A DNA stretch of 64,000 bases, taken from NCBI GenBank assembly GCA_036804125.1, contig DAIRTA010000001.1, positions 26,005 to 90,004 of the forward strand, written 5' to 3'. Positions within the stretch are counted from its first letter, which is position 1, and each line of letters begins with the position of its first letter. Below, piece after piece: positions 51,401-61,700 of the stretch. The position numbers and the translations under genes were made by a program. The DNA is from Hyphomonas sp. (lineage in GTDB: Bacteria > Pseudomonadota > Alphaproteobacteria > Caulobacterales > Hyphomonadaceae). Under the pieces are notes generated by a model that had not been told where the DNA came from, did no database searches, and worked only from the letters and a program-made list of their open reading frames with translations.

Positions 51401-52571
51401 TCCCGTCGAAGGGCAAGGTTGATTCATCATGGGCAACCAGCCGGACCTCTCCCTCAAAGCCCGGCCTGCCCCCTGCAAGGCTGGCCAGGCCATCGACCAC
51501 GGCGCCTGCGCCAATGTCTGTGAAGGGAGCCAGCGTCTCCAGGTCAGCATACAGATGGACCGGTTCCGGAAGGCTGCGGAGGTTCTCGTGTGCTTGCCCG
51601 CTCAGGCGAATGAGACCGGCCGCGAGCCGAGCTTCCATCATGAATTCCGGGAGGCGTGGAGCGAGGTCTGCGGTCAGGTCGACCTCAGCCTCGTTACCGA
51701 TGAAGCGGGTGAGATGGCTGTCCAGGGGCAGTTGGCTCGCATCCGCCCGGAGTGTTGCTGTCAGCTGCTGGCGCTCGATGGCGAGTGCGAGGAAGACAGC
51801 ATTTGTGTCTGCTATCGCAAGCCGCGCCTCACCGCGGGCCTCACTCAAGGTCCCGGCTGCTGAGCCGATCAGCAGCACTGAGCTGTCATCAGGCACGCCG
51901 AGCAAGTGTCCGAAGGTGCCGCCTTGCGGGCCTTCGGCGTCGAACTGTAGGTCGAAGCGATCAGAGGCGGAACGGGACAGCGTGAACTTGGCCCGGTCTC
52001 CGCGCCCGGCGAGTGGCAGGGCCTGAAGCGCGGCTTCAAGCGCGCCACTCGGACGCTGATCATAGCGTGCGGTGATCTTAAAAGCCGCTTCCGGGCCCGC
52101 TACACCCTCGGCAATGTCGAGGACATCGATCGTGGCGCTGCGCAGCTGTATACGCCAGTTTCCACCCTCTCTCGATGAATCTCTCGGCGCAGAAACCGGA
52201 CGACGGTGTATCTTCAGGCGCTTTGCAGTCACGGCGTTGATCCGCACGGTCCGCCCCAGCAGCGAGGCCGGAGACCAGTCGAGAATGACAGTATCTGCCT
52301 CAAGCCATATCCCGTCAGGGTCCGAGAGTGTAATGCTCTCCACCGATGCGGTGCCAAACGGATCCCCGGTGAGCCCCTTGATCCCGATAGTGCCAAGGCT
52401 GCCTGCTTGTTGTCCGGATATCTCGGACATTATGAAAGTCCGGCCGGACTCGGTCGTCAGCCAGAAACGCGCGCCCAGCAGCGTTATAGCAACAATGACA
52501 AGTGTAAGCGTCACGACTGTGAACAGCCGCCGCCTGGAAAGGAATCTAGGTCTGTCGGCAGTATCCGGCAT
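48462..52571 (-). CDS. tamB: Translocation and assembly module TamB (DUF490)
   Basis: N-terminal TM anchor; C-terminal V.GRGLD, S.PELPQDEVLARLLFG, G.D.L, G.YL...VYV. Confidence 0.9.
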   Translation of the reverse strand: MPDTADRPRFLSRRRLFTVVTLTLVIVAITLLGARFWLTTESGRTFIMSEISGQQAGSLGTIGIKGLTGDPFGTASVESITLSDPDGIWLEADTVILDWSPASLLGRTVRINAVTAKRLKIHRRPVSAPRDSSREGGNWRIQLRSATIDVLDIAEGVAGPEAAFKITARYDQRPSGALEAALQALPLAGRGDRAKFTLSRSASDRFDLQFDAEGPQGGTFGHLLGVPDDSSVLLIGSAAGTLSEARGEARLAIADTNAVFLALAIERQQLTATLRADASQLPLDSHLTRFIGNEAEVDLTADLAPRLPEFMMEARLAAGLIRLSGQAHENLRSLPEPVHLYADLETLAPFTDIGAGAVVDGLASLAGGRPGFEGEVRLVAHDESTLPFDGISGPLRISSTDRLTQFEAELTGHGVFRHGGSLGARLVMDPVINAAGDYDPRVGLVRLSRVALTTADGEAFGAFSYGLETGRIEAAGNLRLPLSPFSQDITGTAEGLFNAEGRISDLTITANLRLRELAGLPMTLSDLTGQQGEITMRAMLRDGVLIAQPVRARFAGIDATATGRLAGPAGPDLRFEARQITPIQTDDMSVTLGALRGRMSSINGGLRIQADTEGGWLEAAGQRIDALAAAADIRIEDERVSGPVTLTGTLDGTVANVSLDLLREGGVTQFANVRSVLGPLRITGNGEAADDGAFALRLEGQGRDVILPAGEFRALSVNAIIDRPTGQPFVITSRLGADGVRLTSGIHLDRILAEVATDADGYRYSAGILDSAPGHETDLRITGRARTTENGVSGSLNATGQVLGHPVRTTRPASWSLGDTPVFDLAIDLLSGQLEARLEAARGEPRLEYAFSGLDARPLLEAMGRPALNLIFSGNGDLRPYGLSPSGDFLISASTPVPGLDTEIMVEFTGQLSADAALMEAIATYGNDLRLTADARLPVTAQEAGFVTFDSERALTGGARLSGDLDGLRTLALAYGHDIGGIVDAQAVISGTLSAPQTRIAGTVRQGLYEFGRAGFQLTEVNFDTRWEEDALQIDGTASGPGGGTLRAEGRAGLDGGQVNLTLSRLLVFNRLGDSARISGNAQLQELQDRRLVTGNITIDEARLSLENLPASRTRRLNVRWDDAEADTRRSNLLEKPVTLDVGITAPRRIFVTGRGLDTDWGVRMRVRGNPADPHFNGQAVLVRGELGLAGRPFIFDSGRISLDGPLASAQLNLSAERDSGGFRTRVEVTGSAAQPAFVLSSTPELPQDEVLARLLFGRSALDLTPIEAAQLASAIATLSGQGDSLNPLGQIQAGLGVDRLLFGVDDEGRAELGIGQYLTRDVYVEVRSAGEAGNAIGVEWQPREQVAVTSETRSTGEGRVSIRWKHDY

Positions 52572-54385
52572 CAGAAGGCCTGCCCGATCGAGATGTAGAC
52601 CTGCACGGGGCTTTCCCCCCTGCGCCGGTCAATCGGCGTTGCAATGTCGAGCCTGATAGGCCCGAAGCCTGGATAATACCGGACTCCTGCGCCCAGCGAA
52701 TAGCGTATGTCACTGAACACATTTTCACGCGTATCAGCGGCTTGGCCGGCATCGACAAACATCACGTATCCAAACCGCTCCGATTGCCGCCAGCGAAGTT
52801 CGCCTGACGTGACGAACAGCCCCTTGCCGCCGACAGGTGTGCCATCGGGGGCACGCGGGGAAACGCTCTGGAATTCATACCCCCTGATTGTCCCTCCGCC
52901 ACCGGCGAAGAACAGGCGGTCCGGCGGAATGGCGCTGGTTCCGAGATAGGCGCCGTATTCCCCCCTGATTGCGGCGACAAGGCGATCCGTAAGCTGATAA
53001 TATGTCGATCCCGCTGTCAGTATGCGGGTATAGCCGCTCGTTGTGTCGCCAGTCGTGATGCCGGGTTCGATGCCGGCAAACAGGCGAAAGCCTGATGACG
53101 GATCGAGCACATCATCGACATCTGAATAAGTCGCCGACAGCGGAAGGGAGAACGTGACCTGATCGCGAAGGCGCTTCTGCAGTATCCGTGCACGCAGGTC
53201 GCGGGTACGTGTTACGTCCACGGCCGCCCCGACTGATACGGATAATTGCCGTGTCAGCGGTTGCGAAATGGAAAGACCGGTCCGGATGCCCGTGAGGTCG
53301 AATGCGGGCGTCTCCTGCTGGCGCCAGCCGGCATCGGCTTTCAGTGTCCGCCCGAAGCGTCCGATATTCGGGCGCTCATAGCTGGCCGACAGACCCCGCG
53401 AGATCGTCGCTGCCTCTGCCTGTATCCTGACCGTATCGCTGCGGCCTGTGAAATTGCGCCTCTCCCAGAAGGCATCGACACCCGTTCCGTCGGTTGTTGA
53501 GGCCGTGACACCGGCCCCGATCGTCCTGTGCTTGCCTTCGACAAGCTGAACAATCACCGGATGGGTTCCATCGGGATCAGGCTCTTCGCTTACAGTAACT
53601 CCGATACCATCAAAGACTCCCGTGCCGCGAAGCCGGCCGCGAAACCGCTCGATCGTCTGGGGGCGGTAGAGTTCGCCGTCCTGCCAGGTTTGAAGATTGC
53701 CAAGGCTTGAATGCCGTGTGGTGATGTCGTCAGGCAGGTCCATTCGCCCGAGCCGCACCCGTGGACCCGGATCAATCAGGTAGGTGATCTCGACAGTAGC
53801 GTCGTCCCGGGACGCAAGTGCGTCGATGCCCCGGCTCGTTGCAAACGCATAGCCCTGAGTGCGCAGCAGCCGGACCAGTTCGGACTCCACCGTTTCAATC
53901 TCGTTCGCACGTGCCGGCGCGCCCGGCGGTGCAAGCAGAAGGACCGTCTCTGTGGCTTGCTGTACGGCCGCGTCGAGAGCATCCGCGCCGTCCACGCGAA
54001 CGGATGCGATCCTGAACAACGGGCCTGGGTCTGCCAGCAGGGTCGGAGCGATCAGTGGATCCTCGATCGGGGCAGTTGTGACTGCGGCGGCAAGATAGCC
54101 CTCCGTAGCCAGCAGTTCCTCGAGGCGCTCCGCCTGCTGACTGGCATAATTGCGGGCCTCGAGTACACTGCGCGGCGGGGTTTCTGGAGACCGGACCACG
54201 GTTTGCGCCTGCCCGATCAGGCCCGTTGGAATTCCGGTGATCTGCGGGGCAGGGCCAGCATCGCCCCCATTCCGGTTGTTTACGCCGTTTCCGTTGAGGC
54301 TGGAACAGGCTGACGCCCCCAGAACACAGGCTGTGACCAGTGGCGGCAGCCGGGTGGCTGTCAGGAGAGGTCGCAGGCGTTTCAT
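52571..54385 (-). CDS. tamA: Omp85-family TamA
   Basis: POTRA-like repeats, FFAGGGG.IRGY.F, G.GVRY...GPIRLD.A.P, C-terminal YISIGQAF; upstream of tamB. Confidence 0.92.
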   Translation of the reverse strand: MKRLRPLLTATRLPPLVTACVLGASACSSLNGNGVNNRNGGDAGPAPQITGIPTGLIGQAQTVVRSPETPPRSVLEARNYASQQAERLEELLATEGYLAAAVTTAPIEDPLIAPTLLADPGPLFRIASVRVDGADALDAAVQQATETVLLLAPPGAPARANEIETVESELVRLLRTQGYAFATSRGIDALASRDDATVEITYLIDPGPRVRLGRMDLPDDITTRHSSLGNLQTWQDGELYRPQTIERFRGRLRGTGVFDGIGVTVSEEPDPDGTHPVIVQLVEGKHRTIGAGVTASTTDGTGVDAFWERRNFTGRSDTVRIQAEAATISRGLSASYERPNIGRFGRTLKADAGWRQQETPAFDLTGIRTGLSISQPLTRQLSVSVGAAVDVTRTRDLRARILQKRLRDQVTFSLPLSATYSDVDDVLDPSSGFRLFAGIEPGITTGDTTSGYTRILTAGSTYYQLTDRLVAAIRGEYGAYLGTSAIPPDRLFFAGGGGTIRGYEFQSVSPRAPDGTPVGGKGLFVTSGELRWRQSERFGYVMFVDAGQAADTRENVFSDIRYSLGAGVRYYPGFGPIRLDIATPIDRRRGESPVQVYISIGQAF

Positions 54386-54585
54386 TTACTCAACAGTTCA
54401 GCGTTCGGCCGGGAGGAGCGGGCCATTCAAGCTCGTCTATTCCTGTAAATTGTATGCTAAGGCCCGCAGTGCAAACCTTAACGCGCAGCGCGCGAAATGT
54501 TTCGTTCTGCTGACGCGCCATTGCCAGCCTTCCACGACGGCCATTAGAAGTCGTTCGTTGAGGGAATCAAAAGCAGGTTAACCAT

Positions 54586-55605
54586 ATGGCCTATCTTCTG
54601 GTCGCGGGGGGACTTGTGCTCCTGTTCATCGGGGGCGAAGCGTTGGTAAGGGGCTCGGTCAGTGTGGCCCGGCGCTTGCGGATTTCCGAGCTGATCATCG
54701 GCCTGACACTGGTCGGTTTCGGCACGTCTGTGCCCGAGCTTGTTACCAGCCTTGAAGCCGTCTTGCGCGGGTCGGTCGGTATTGCTGTGGGCAATGTGGT
54801 CGGCTCCAACGTCGCCAACGTCCTGCTCGTGCTCGGCCTTGCGGCAATGGTCAGGCCCATTCTTGTCAATCCCAGCGCCCTTTACCGGGATTCCGTGATC
54901 CTGATCCTTGTCACGGCGCTTTTCTGCGCCCTCGTCTGGTTCGATGCCTTCACGCGCCCGGCCGGCCTCATCCTGATAGGCCTTTTGGCCGCCTACCTGA
55001 TCTATAGCGTCTTTGACGATCGCAAGGCCGTCAATGGCGCTGCCCCTGAGCCGCCGAACACGGGCGAGACTGAAGGCCCGCACCACAGCCTACTCGTGGG
55101 GCTCCTGCTCGCTCTTGCCGGTATCGCGGTCGTGGTATTCGGCGCGCGTATCCTCGTCGAAGGCTCGGTCGAGCTTGCCCGGACTTTCGGGGTCAGCGAG
55201 ACGGTTATCGGGCTGACAATCGTCGCTATCGGCACGAGCTTGCCAGAGTTGGCGACATCTCTTGTCGCGGCTTTTCGCGGGCGTTCGGATGTCGCGATCG
55301 GCAACATCCTTGGCTCCAACCTGTTCAACATCCTCGGTATTCTCGGGGTCACGGCGGCGATCCTGCCTTTCAGCGTGCGGCCCGAGCATCCCGGCGCGAT
55401 TGGAATGTCCGAAGGCGGGGCCACGATCCTCAACTGGAACGATATCGGTGCGCTGCTGCTATCGGTCTTCCTGCTGCTCCTGTTTTCGCTGACCGGACGA
55501 CAGGTGTCCCGCTGGGAAGGTGGCGTGCTGTTCTTTGCTTATCTGCTCTATCTCGGCATCCTCTTCAATCTGGTGCCGGTTCCCGCTATTCTTCCCTATG
55601 GTTGA
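54586..55605 (+). CDS. Ca2+/Na+ antiporter (YrbG family)
   Basis: Two alpha-repeats GTS.PEL and GN..GSN..N; multiple TM helices. Confidence 0.93.
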   Translation: MAYLLVAGGLVLLFIGGEALVRGSVSVARRLRISELIIGLTLVGFGTSVPELVTSLEAVLRGSVGIAVGNVVGSNVANVLLVLGLAAMVRPILVNPSALYRDSVILILVTALFCALVWFDAFTRPAGLILIGLLAAYLIYSVFDDRKAVNGAAPEPPNTGETEGPHHSLLVGLLLALAGIAVVVFGARILVEGSVELARTFGVSETVIGLTIVAIGTSLPELATSLVAAFRGRSDVAIGNILGSNLFNILGILGVTAAILPFSVRPEHPGAIGMSEGGATILNWNDIGALLLSVFLLLLFSLTGRQVSRWEGGVLFFAYLLYLGILFNLVPVPAILPYG

Positions 55606-56065
55606 CGATTCCCGATATGCCGGTCTCAGCCAGCTCGGCGCCGCAGCGGCCATGCCCGCGGATCCGGATTCGGCAGAACTTGAACGCGTCGCCAACCCGC
55701 ATCGCGATACCCTTTACCTGACACGGTTTGTTGCGCCGGAATTTACATCCCTATGCCCGGTGACGGGCCAGCCTGATTTCGCCCACCTCGTAATAGACTA
55801 TTGTCCCGGCGCCTGGCTGGTCGAAAGCAAGAGCCTGAAGCTCTTTCTCACCAGTTTCCGGAACCATGGCGCCTTCCATGAGGATTGCACGGTCCGGATC
55901 GGGAAACGCCTGTTCACATTTGCAGAGGCGCATTGGCTGCGCATCAGCGGATACTGGTATCCGCGCGGCGGCATCCCGATCGATGTTTTCTGGCAATCCG
56001 GGGCCGTGCCTGAGGGGCTGTATGTGCCTGACACGGGCGTCCAGCCCTATCGTGGCCGTGGCTGA
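55598..56065 (+). CDS. queF: NADPH-dependent 7-cyano-7-deazaguanine reductase, unimodular (start ATG 55598)
   Basis: [31 protein letters not shown]. Confidence 0.96.
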   Translation: MVDDSRYAGLSQLGAAAAMPADPDSAELERVANPHRDTLYLTRFVAPEFTSLCPVTGQPDFAHLVIDYCPGAWLVESKSLKLFLTSFRNHGAFHEDCTVRIGKRLFTFAEAHWLRISGYWYPRGGIPIDVFWQSGAVPEGLYVPDTGVQPYRGRG

Positions 56066-56071
56066 ACGGCG

Positions 56072-56704
56072 CTAGGCAGGTTTCCAGCGCTGGATCCGCT
56101 CAGCCATGCCGGGCCTTGCCCGTTCCTGAGGCATGGCCGTTGCCGTGCCGAGATAGAGAAATCCGGCAACGCGCTCCGTGTCGCCAAGATGCAGGATTGC
56201 GGCAACATCGGATGAGTATGCAATCCACTCTGTCAGCCAGACCCCGGCCCATCCCGTGGCATTTGCCGCCAGAAGGAGGGTCTGGCACACCGCGCCAGCC
56301 GACAATTCCTGCTCCCATACGGGCGTCTTGTGGCCGGGGTCAGGCGAAGAAATCACGGCAACGACCACCGGGGCCCGCAATGGCAGGCTGGCGGCCTCAA
56401 GCACACTGTGGGAATCGGGCTCGCGCCCAGTCTGCCCGGCTATGCGTGCGAGAGCCGTTCCGAACTCAATCCGGGCCTCACCTTCGAAGATGATAAACCG
56501 CCAGGGCGCGAGGCGGCGATGGTCGGGGACCCGTGCGGCGATGCTCAGAAGCTCATCGACCTCCTCCGGCGAGGGCCCGGGCCCACTAATATACAACTTG
56601 TTGGCCGAACGCCGCAGCGCCAGCAGCGCCCGGGCCTGAGGGCTTGGCCGGACAGCAGGCATCGGTGTGCCGACGGGTGGGGGAGGAGGAAACCGCGTTG
56701 TCAT
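56072..56704 (-). CDS. Nitroreductase, YdjA-like
   Basis: RRS, GP, A.RVPDH..L.PWRF, WEQ.LSAGA, W.TEW, GFLY.GT. Confidence 0.9.
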   Translation of the reverse strand: MTTRFPPPPPVGTPMPAVRPSPQARALLALRRSANKLYISGPGPSPEEVDELLSIAARVPDHRRLAPWRFIIFEGEARIEFGTALARIAGQTGREPDSHSVLEAASLPLRAPVVVAVISSPDPGHKTPVWEQELSAGAVCQTLLLAANATGWAGVWLTEWIAYSSDVAAILHLGDTERVAGFLYLGTATAMPQERARPGMAERIQRWKPA

Positions 56705-56760
56705 CGCACCGGATTAACCCTGACCGGCAGGATCACAAAGCCGATGCAACCCGGTTTCCA

Positions 56761-56802
56761 CTTGCCGCAAGGTCAAAGATCAAGTAGGTAAACACTGTTC
56801 AC
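56761..56802 (+). promoter_or_regulatory. Promoter and palindromic operator of tetR-MFP-RND
   Basis: CTTGCC at 56761, -10-like GTAGGT 17 nt later, overlapped by GTAAAC-ACT-GTTCAC at 56788-56802. Confidence 0.6.
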
Positions 56803-56825
56803 TCTTTTAACGGCGTCTGCTCAGC

Positions 56826-57557
56826 ATGTCATTGCCTTCCGGGACCTCCCAGGCCTCCCCCGCCGAGCGCCGCCGCCGGAAAGTCCGCAATGCGATCCTC
56901 AAGGCGGCCCAGAGAGTGTTCTCCGAGGAAGGCACCGAAGGGCTTTCCATTCGCCGGCTGGCGGATGAAATCGATTACTCACCTGCAGCGATCTATAAGT
57001 ATTTCGAGTCGAAAGACGATCTGCTCGAAGCGCTGAAGGAGGCTTTCTTTGAGCGTCTGATGGCCGGCGTGGAGCCGGACATGCTCCGCGCGATGCCGTT
57101 TGAGACACGCGCAAGGCTCGTCCTGTCACGCTATATCGAGACCGCCACGGCAGACCCTAACCATTACATCGCAGCCTTTTCCGGCATTGTTACACCCTCC
57201 AAGGACGCGCCGCCGCTTGACTGGGAAACCTTCACCCGGCTGACCAAGGGGCGCGCCTTTCACATGTTGGCGAGCCTGGTCCAGGATGGCCAGGCTGAGG
57301 GCGTGGTGGATCCCGATCTCGACATCGTCACTACGGCCAAATCGCTCTGGGCGTCGCTGCATGGCCTTGCCCAGCTCCTGAATCACCTGCCGCACCTGCC
57401 GGGTGTCCGGCCAGGCGCAGCCGTTCAGCCGGGCTCAACCTATGATGGCCACAACCACTTGGTTGAGACGCATATCGCTCTACTTCTCAGAAGCCTCAAG
57501 AAGCCGCACGCCTCCACCAGCGTGCGGACCACGCAAGCCCAGGACCTCCTCCCATGA
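56826..57557 (+). CDS. TetR/AcrR family regulator with WHG-like C-terminus
   Basis: LSIRRLA..I.YSPAAIYKYF.SK; WASLHG. Confidence 0.92.
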   Translation: MSLPSGTSQASPAERRRRKVRNAILKAAQRVFSEEGTEGLSIRRLADEIDYSPAAIYKYFESKDDLLEALKEAFFERLMAGVEPDMLRAMPFETRARLVLSRYIETATADPNHYIAAFSGIVTPSKDAPPLDWETFTRLTKGRAFHMLASLVQDGQAEGVVDPDLDIVTTAKSLWASLHGLAQLLNHLPHLPGVRPGAAVQPGSTYDGHNHLVETHIALLLRSLKKPHASTSVRTTQAQDLLP

Positions 57558-58738
57558 CCGCCGACGACTCCCAGTCATCCGTCTCCCATAGGCTCGTACG
57601 CCCGACACCCATAAAGGGGCTGCTGTTTCTGTTCGTGCTGATACTGGCCGCTGGCGGATTGTATGCCGCATCACAGATGCTTCGCAGCGCAGAAGGGCCG
57701 CGCGTCGCCCTGACCGATCCTGAACCGCTGCCTGTGACGGTGATCTCGGTCATGCCCGAAAGTAATTTCGAGATCGACGAAACCTTTACCGGTCTCGCCG
57801 AGGCCCGCCGAACCAGCCAGCTTGGTTTCTCGGCCGGTGGCCGTGTTGATAACCTCGCGGCCCGCATCGGGGACAGGGTGACCACAGGCCAGATTCTCGG
57901 CCGTCTCGATGCCCGGAACCTGAATGCCCAGCTGTCGTCAGCACGCGCGGCCGTCGCCGAGGCCGAAGCCGCGCACCGTCTCGCGCTCAACACGGTCGAG
58001 CGTCAGCGGACGCTGGCCGGGCAGGGCCATGTCTCCTACCAGCGAGTCGATGAGGCTGAGGCCCAGGCCGATACGGCCGCCGCACGCATCGAATCCGCCC
58101 GCGCCCAGGCCGAAACCATCCGGGTGCAGCTGGATCTGGCGCGGATCACCGCGCCTTATAATGGGGTGATCACTGCGCGCATGATGGATGAAGGGGCAAT
58201 TGCCTCTCCCGGTCAGCCGGTCTTCGAGCTGGTCGAGACCGGTGCGCTCGAAGCGCGGATCGGTGTGCCCGCCGCGACGGCCGCTTCGTTGCAGACCGGA
58301 AGCACCTATGAACTCAGTTCCGCAACAGGCCCGGTCATCGCCGAGCTTCGAAGTGTAACAGGGGTCGTCGACATGACCCAGCGCACTATCAATGCCGTTT
58401 TTCTGATTCCGGACAGTGAGGCGGTTCCCGCAGGCTCGATCGTCCGCCTGAAGATGCCGCGCGAGATCAGTGAGGAGGGCTTCTGGGTGCCTCTCAAGGC
58501 GCTGGCGAGCGCCTCACGCGGCGCCTGGACGTTGTATGTGGCGGTAGCTGACGGAAATGGCTGGCGCGCCGAGACTCGTACGGTGGATGCTCTGCATCCG
58601 GCCGGTGACCGTGTCTTCGTGCGTGGCCCCATGCGGCCGGGTGACAAGATCATTACCGATGGCGTCCATCGCCTTTCACCCGGCCTGCCTGTCATACCGC
58701 GCGATTCCCCGCGGGCTGACAGATCCATAGACGGTTGA
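57554..58738 (+). CDS. RND periplasmic adaptor (MFP)
   Basis: N-terminal TM, LGF..GG.V, GD.V..GQ.L..LD, helical hairpin, I.APY.G.I. Confidence 0.92.
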   Translation: MTADDSQSSVSHRLVRPTPIKGLLFLFVLILAAGGLYAASQMLRSAEGPRVALTDPEPLPVTVISVMPESNFEIDETFTGLAEARRTSQLGFSAGGRVDNLAARIGDRVTTGQILGRLDARNLNAQLSSARAAVAEAEAAHRLALNTVERQRTLAGQGHVSYQRVDEAEAQADTAAARIESARAQAETIRVQLDLARITAPYNGVITARMMDEGAIASPGQPVFELVETGALEARIGVPAATAASLQTGSTYELSSATGPVIAELRSVTGVVDMTQRTINAVFLIPDSEAVPAGSIVRLKMPREISEEGFWVPLKALASASRGAWTLYVAVADGNGWRAETRTVDALHPAGDRVFVRGPMRPGDKIITDGVHRLSPGLPVIPRDSPRADRSIDG

Positions 58739-58754
58739 GAGCGGGGGGCCGATA

Positions 58755-61700
58755 GTGTTCACGCTCTTCTACCTCTTGCCGCGTCTCACCATCCTCATCC
58801 TCCTGGTGATACTGATCGGCGGGGTAGGCGCCCTGCTTTCGCTCGGCCGCCAGGAAGATCCGACACTGATCGAACGCTTCGGCAACATCATCGTGGTCAT
58901 GCCCGGCGCCGATGCCGAGCGCATGGAAGCGCTTGTTTCGCAGCCCCTCGAGGCGGCGCTGATGGAGCTGCCGGAAATCGATGAGGTGATGTCCACAGTA
59001 CGTAGTGGCACCGCCCATACGACGGTCATGCTTCGCCCGGACCTGACGGAAGCAGAGGTCGATGATGCCTGGACCCTGATCCGGGCCAAGGCTGACCAGG
59101 CGCGTGCCGGATTCCCTCCGGGCGCCTCGGCCCCGGTCGTCACCCGGCAATATATCGGTGCCAGCACGATGACGGTCGCGCTGATCTGGGATGGTCCGGG
59201 CGAGCCCCCCCGCACCCTGATGCGCCGTCTTGCGCTGGATTTGCAGGACAAGTTCCAGCGTCATCCGGGCACAGAGCTTACAGACACGTTCGGGCTCCCT
59301 GTTGAGGAGGTTCGCGTCATTGCCGACACCGAGGCTCTGGCTGCAGCCGGCCTCAGCCTCGCTCAGGCCGCGAGCCTGCTCGCAACAGGCGATTCGAAGA
59401 CACCTGCCGGCACTTTGCGAGCGCCGGATTCCTTGATGGGTGTCGAGGTTGCCGGAGAGTTCACAAGCATTTCCCGCATCGCCGAGGTCCCGATTATCCA
59501 GCGCCCTGACGGCTCCGCGCTGCGGATCGGCGACGTCGCCGAGATCACGAAGGCCTATGAAGACCCGCCGCGGCGGATTGCACTCTACAATAACCGCCCG
59601 GCTGTCTTTGTCGCGGCCTACATCTCACCGAACCAGCGTGTCGAGCGCTGGGCAGAGGGTGCCAACGCCATCGTCGCCGGGATGGCGGCAGAAAGCCCTC
59701 CGGGCTTGCGTGTCGAGACCGTCTTCGATCAGAGCCGCTATACAGCCGAGCGCCTCAACGGACTGGCCACGGCTCTGCTGATGTCTGCCATGATCGTGTT
59801 TGCCGTGCTGTTCCTGACCATGGGTTGGCGCTCGGCCATCTCGGTCGGCATGGCCATTCCGCTCACGATCGGGCTGGTCATGATCCTCTTTAATGTCTTT
59901 GGTCATCCGCTGCATCAGATGTCCGTGACCGGCCTGGTCATCTCGCTGGGCCTGCTGATCGACAATGCCATCGTCGTGGTTGACGAATTCGACCAGTGGC
60001 GGGCCAAGGGCTGCACCCGTGCCGAGGCCATCCAGCGCAGCCTGGGCCATCTTGTGGCGCCGCTGGGCGCCTCGACACTGACAACAGCGCTGGCCTTTGC
60101 GCCAATCGCGCTCCTGCCGGGTTCGGCAGGCGAGTTCGTTGGCATGATCGGTCTCTCGGTCATTTACGCCATTCTGGCTTCCTTCGTCCTGTCACTGACG
60201 GTTGTTCCGGCGATGGCCGGGTGGTTTGATCGCAAGCGAAACTGGGAGAGGGGGGAGGCTGCCCGCCCCAGGCGCTGGTGGCGGGACGGCATCGCCATCA
60301 ATGTCATCACGGATGGATACCGCGCTTTCATCGGGGCGATCCTCCGGTTTCCGCCATTGGGCATAGCCATTGCTGTCGTCCCGGCGCTGGCTGGGCTCAT
60401 GATGGTCGGTCAGCTCCCGAGCCAGTTTTTTCCCGCTACCGAGCGTGATCAGTTCCAGGTGTCCTTTACCCTTTCACCGAAAGCCAACCTGGCAGAGGCT
60501 CAGCGTGTTGCCTCGCGTGCCACCGAGCTGATCCTTGCCGAGCCGGGCGTCAGCCAGGTGGCCTGGACCCTGGGGGAGCCCTCACCGCGCGTCTACTACA
60601 ATGCGATTAGCAATACGCGCGGATTTGAAGGATATGGGTCCGGCTGGGTGCAACTCGATTCCAATCGCCGCACACGGCAGATCGTTGATGACGTGCAGCG
60701 CATTCTCCGGCAGGAATTTCCGGAAGCGCGCTTCCTCGCCCTTCCGTTCGAGCAGGGCCCACCTGCCGAGGCGCCGATCGAGTTGTTCCTTCGCGGTAAC
60801 GATCTCGAAATCCTCAATCGCCTTGGAGAGGAGGTTCGCACAGTCCTCGGCCAGACGCCGGGTATCACTTACACGACGGCTTCGCTTGATCTCGGCGCGC
60901 CGATACTCCGCCTGCAAGCCGATGAGTCAGCCGCAGCGATGGCCGGTGCGCGCCTGTCCGAGATCGCCGCAAGCCTCAGCGCTGAACTTGAGGGCATAGA
61001 GGCCGGATCAGTTCTAGAGGGCGCGGAGGAGCTGCCGGTGCGTATGCTCGCCCGCGACAGCCGCAGGAGCGAGATCGCCGACCTGCAGTCGAAGACGATC
61101 GGCGCCCGGCCCGGTATGGCCGGAACACCGCTTTCCGCTCTCGGCGACTTCGAACTTTATCCCAAGACAGCCGTCATCACACGCCGTGACGGGGTAAGGG
61201 TGAACCAGATACTGGCTTATCTGTATCCCTACACCTTGCCGGCGCCTTCTCTGGCCGAATTCCAGACGCGGCTGGCGGCATCGGACTTTCGCCTGCCACA
61301 GGGCTATGACCTCCTGATCGGCGGCGAGGCTGAAAACTCGGGTGACGCTATTGGTAACCTGGCGGCTGTCGGCATTCCGCTGATGCTGGTCATGGCCGGC
61401 GCCATCACGCTCGTCTTCAACTCCTTCCGGATGATGCTGCTAATCTTCTCGACAGGCATTTTTGCCGTGTTCTATGCCTTTGGCGGTGTCTGGCTGTTCA
61501 ATCTCGCTTTCGGATTCAACGCCATCATTGGCAGCCTCGGCTTGTTCGGGATTGCGATTAACGGATCAATCGTCGTCCTGTCGCTTCTCAGGGCCAGCCC
61601 GGAGGCCATGGCCGGTGATCGTGTTGCGCAGCGAGAAGTCGTCGTGGATGCCAGCCGGCACATTGTCGCCACGACCCTGACGACGATGGGCGGCTTCGTG

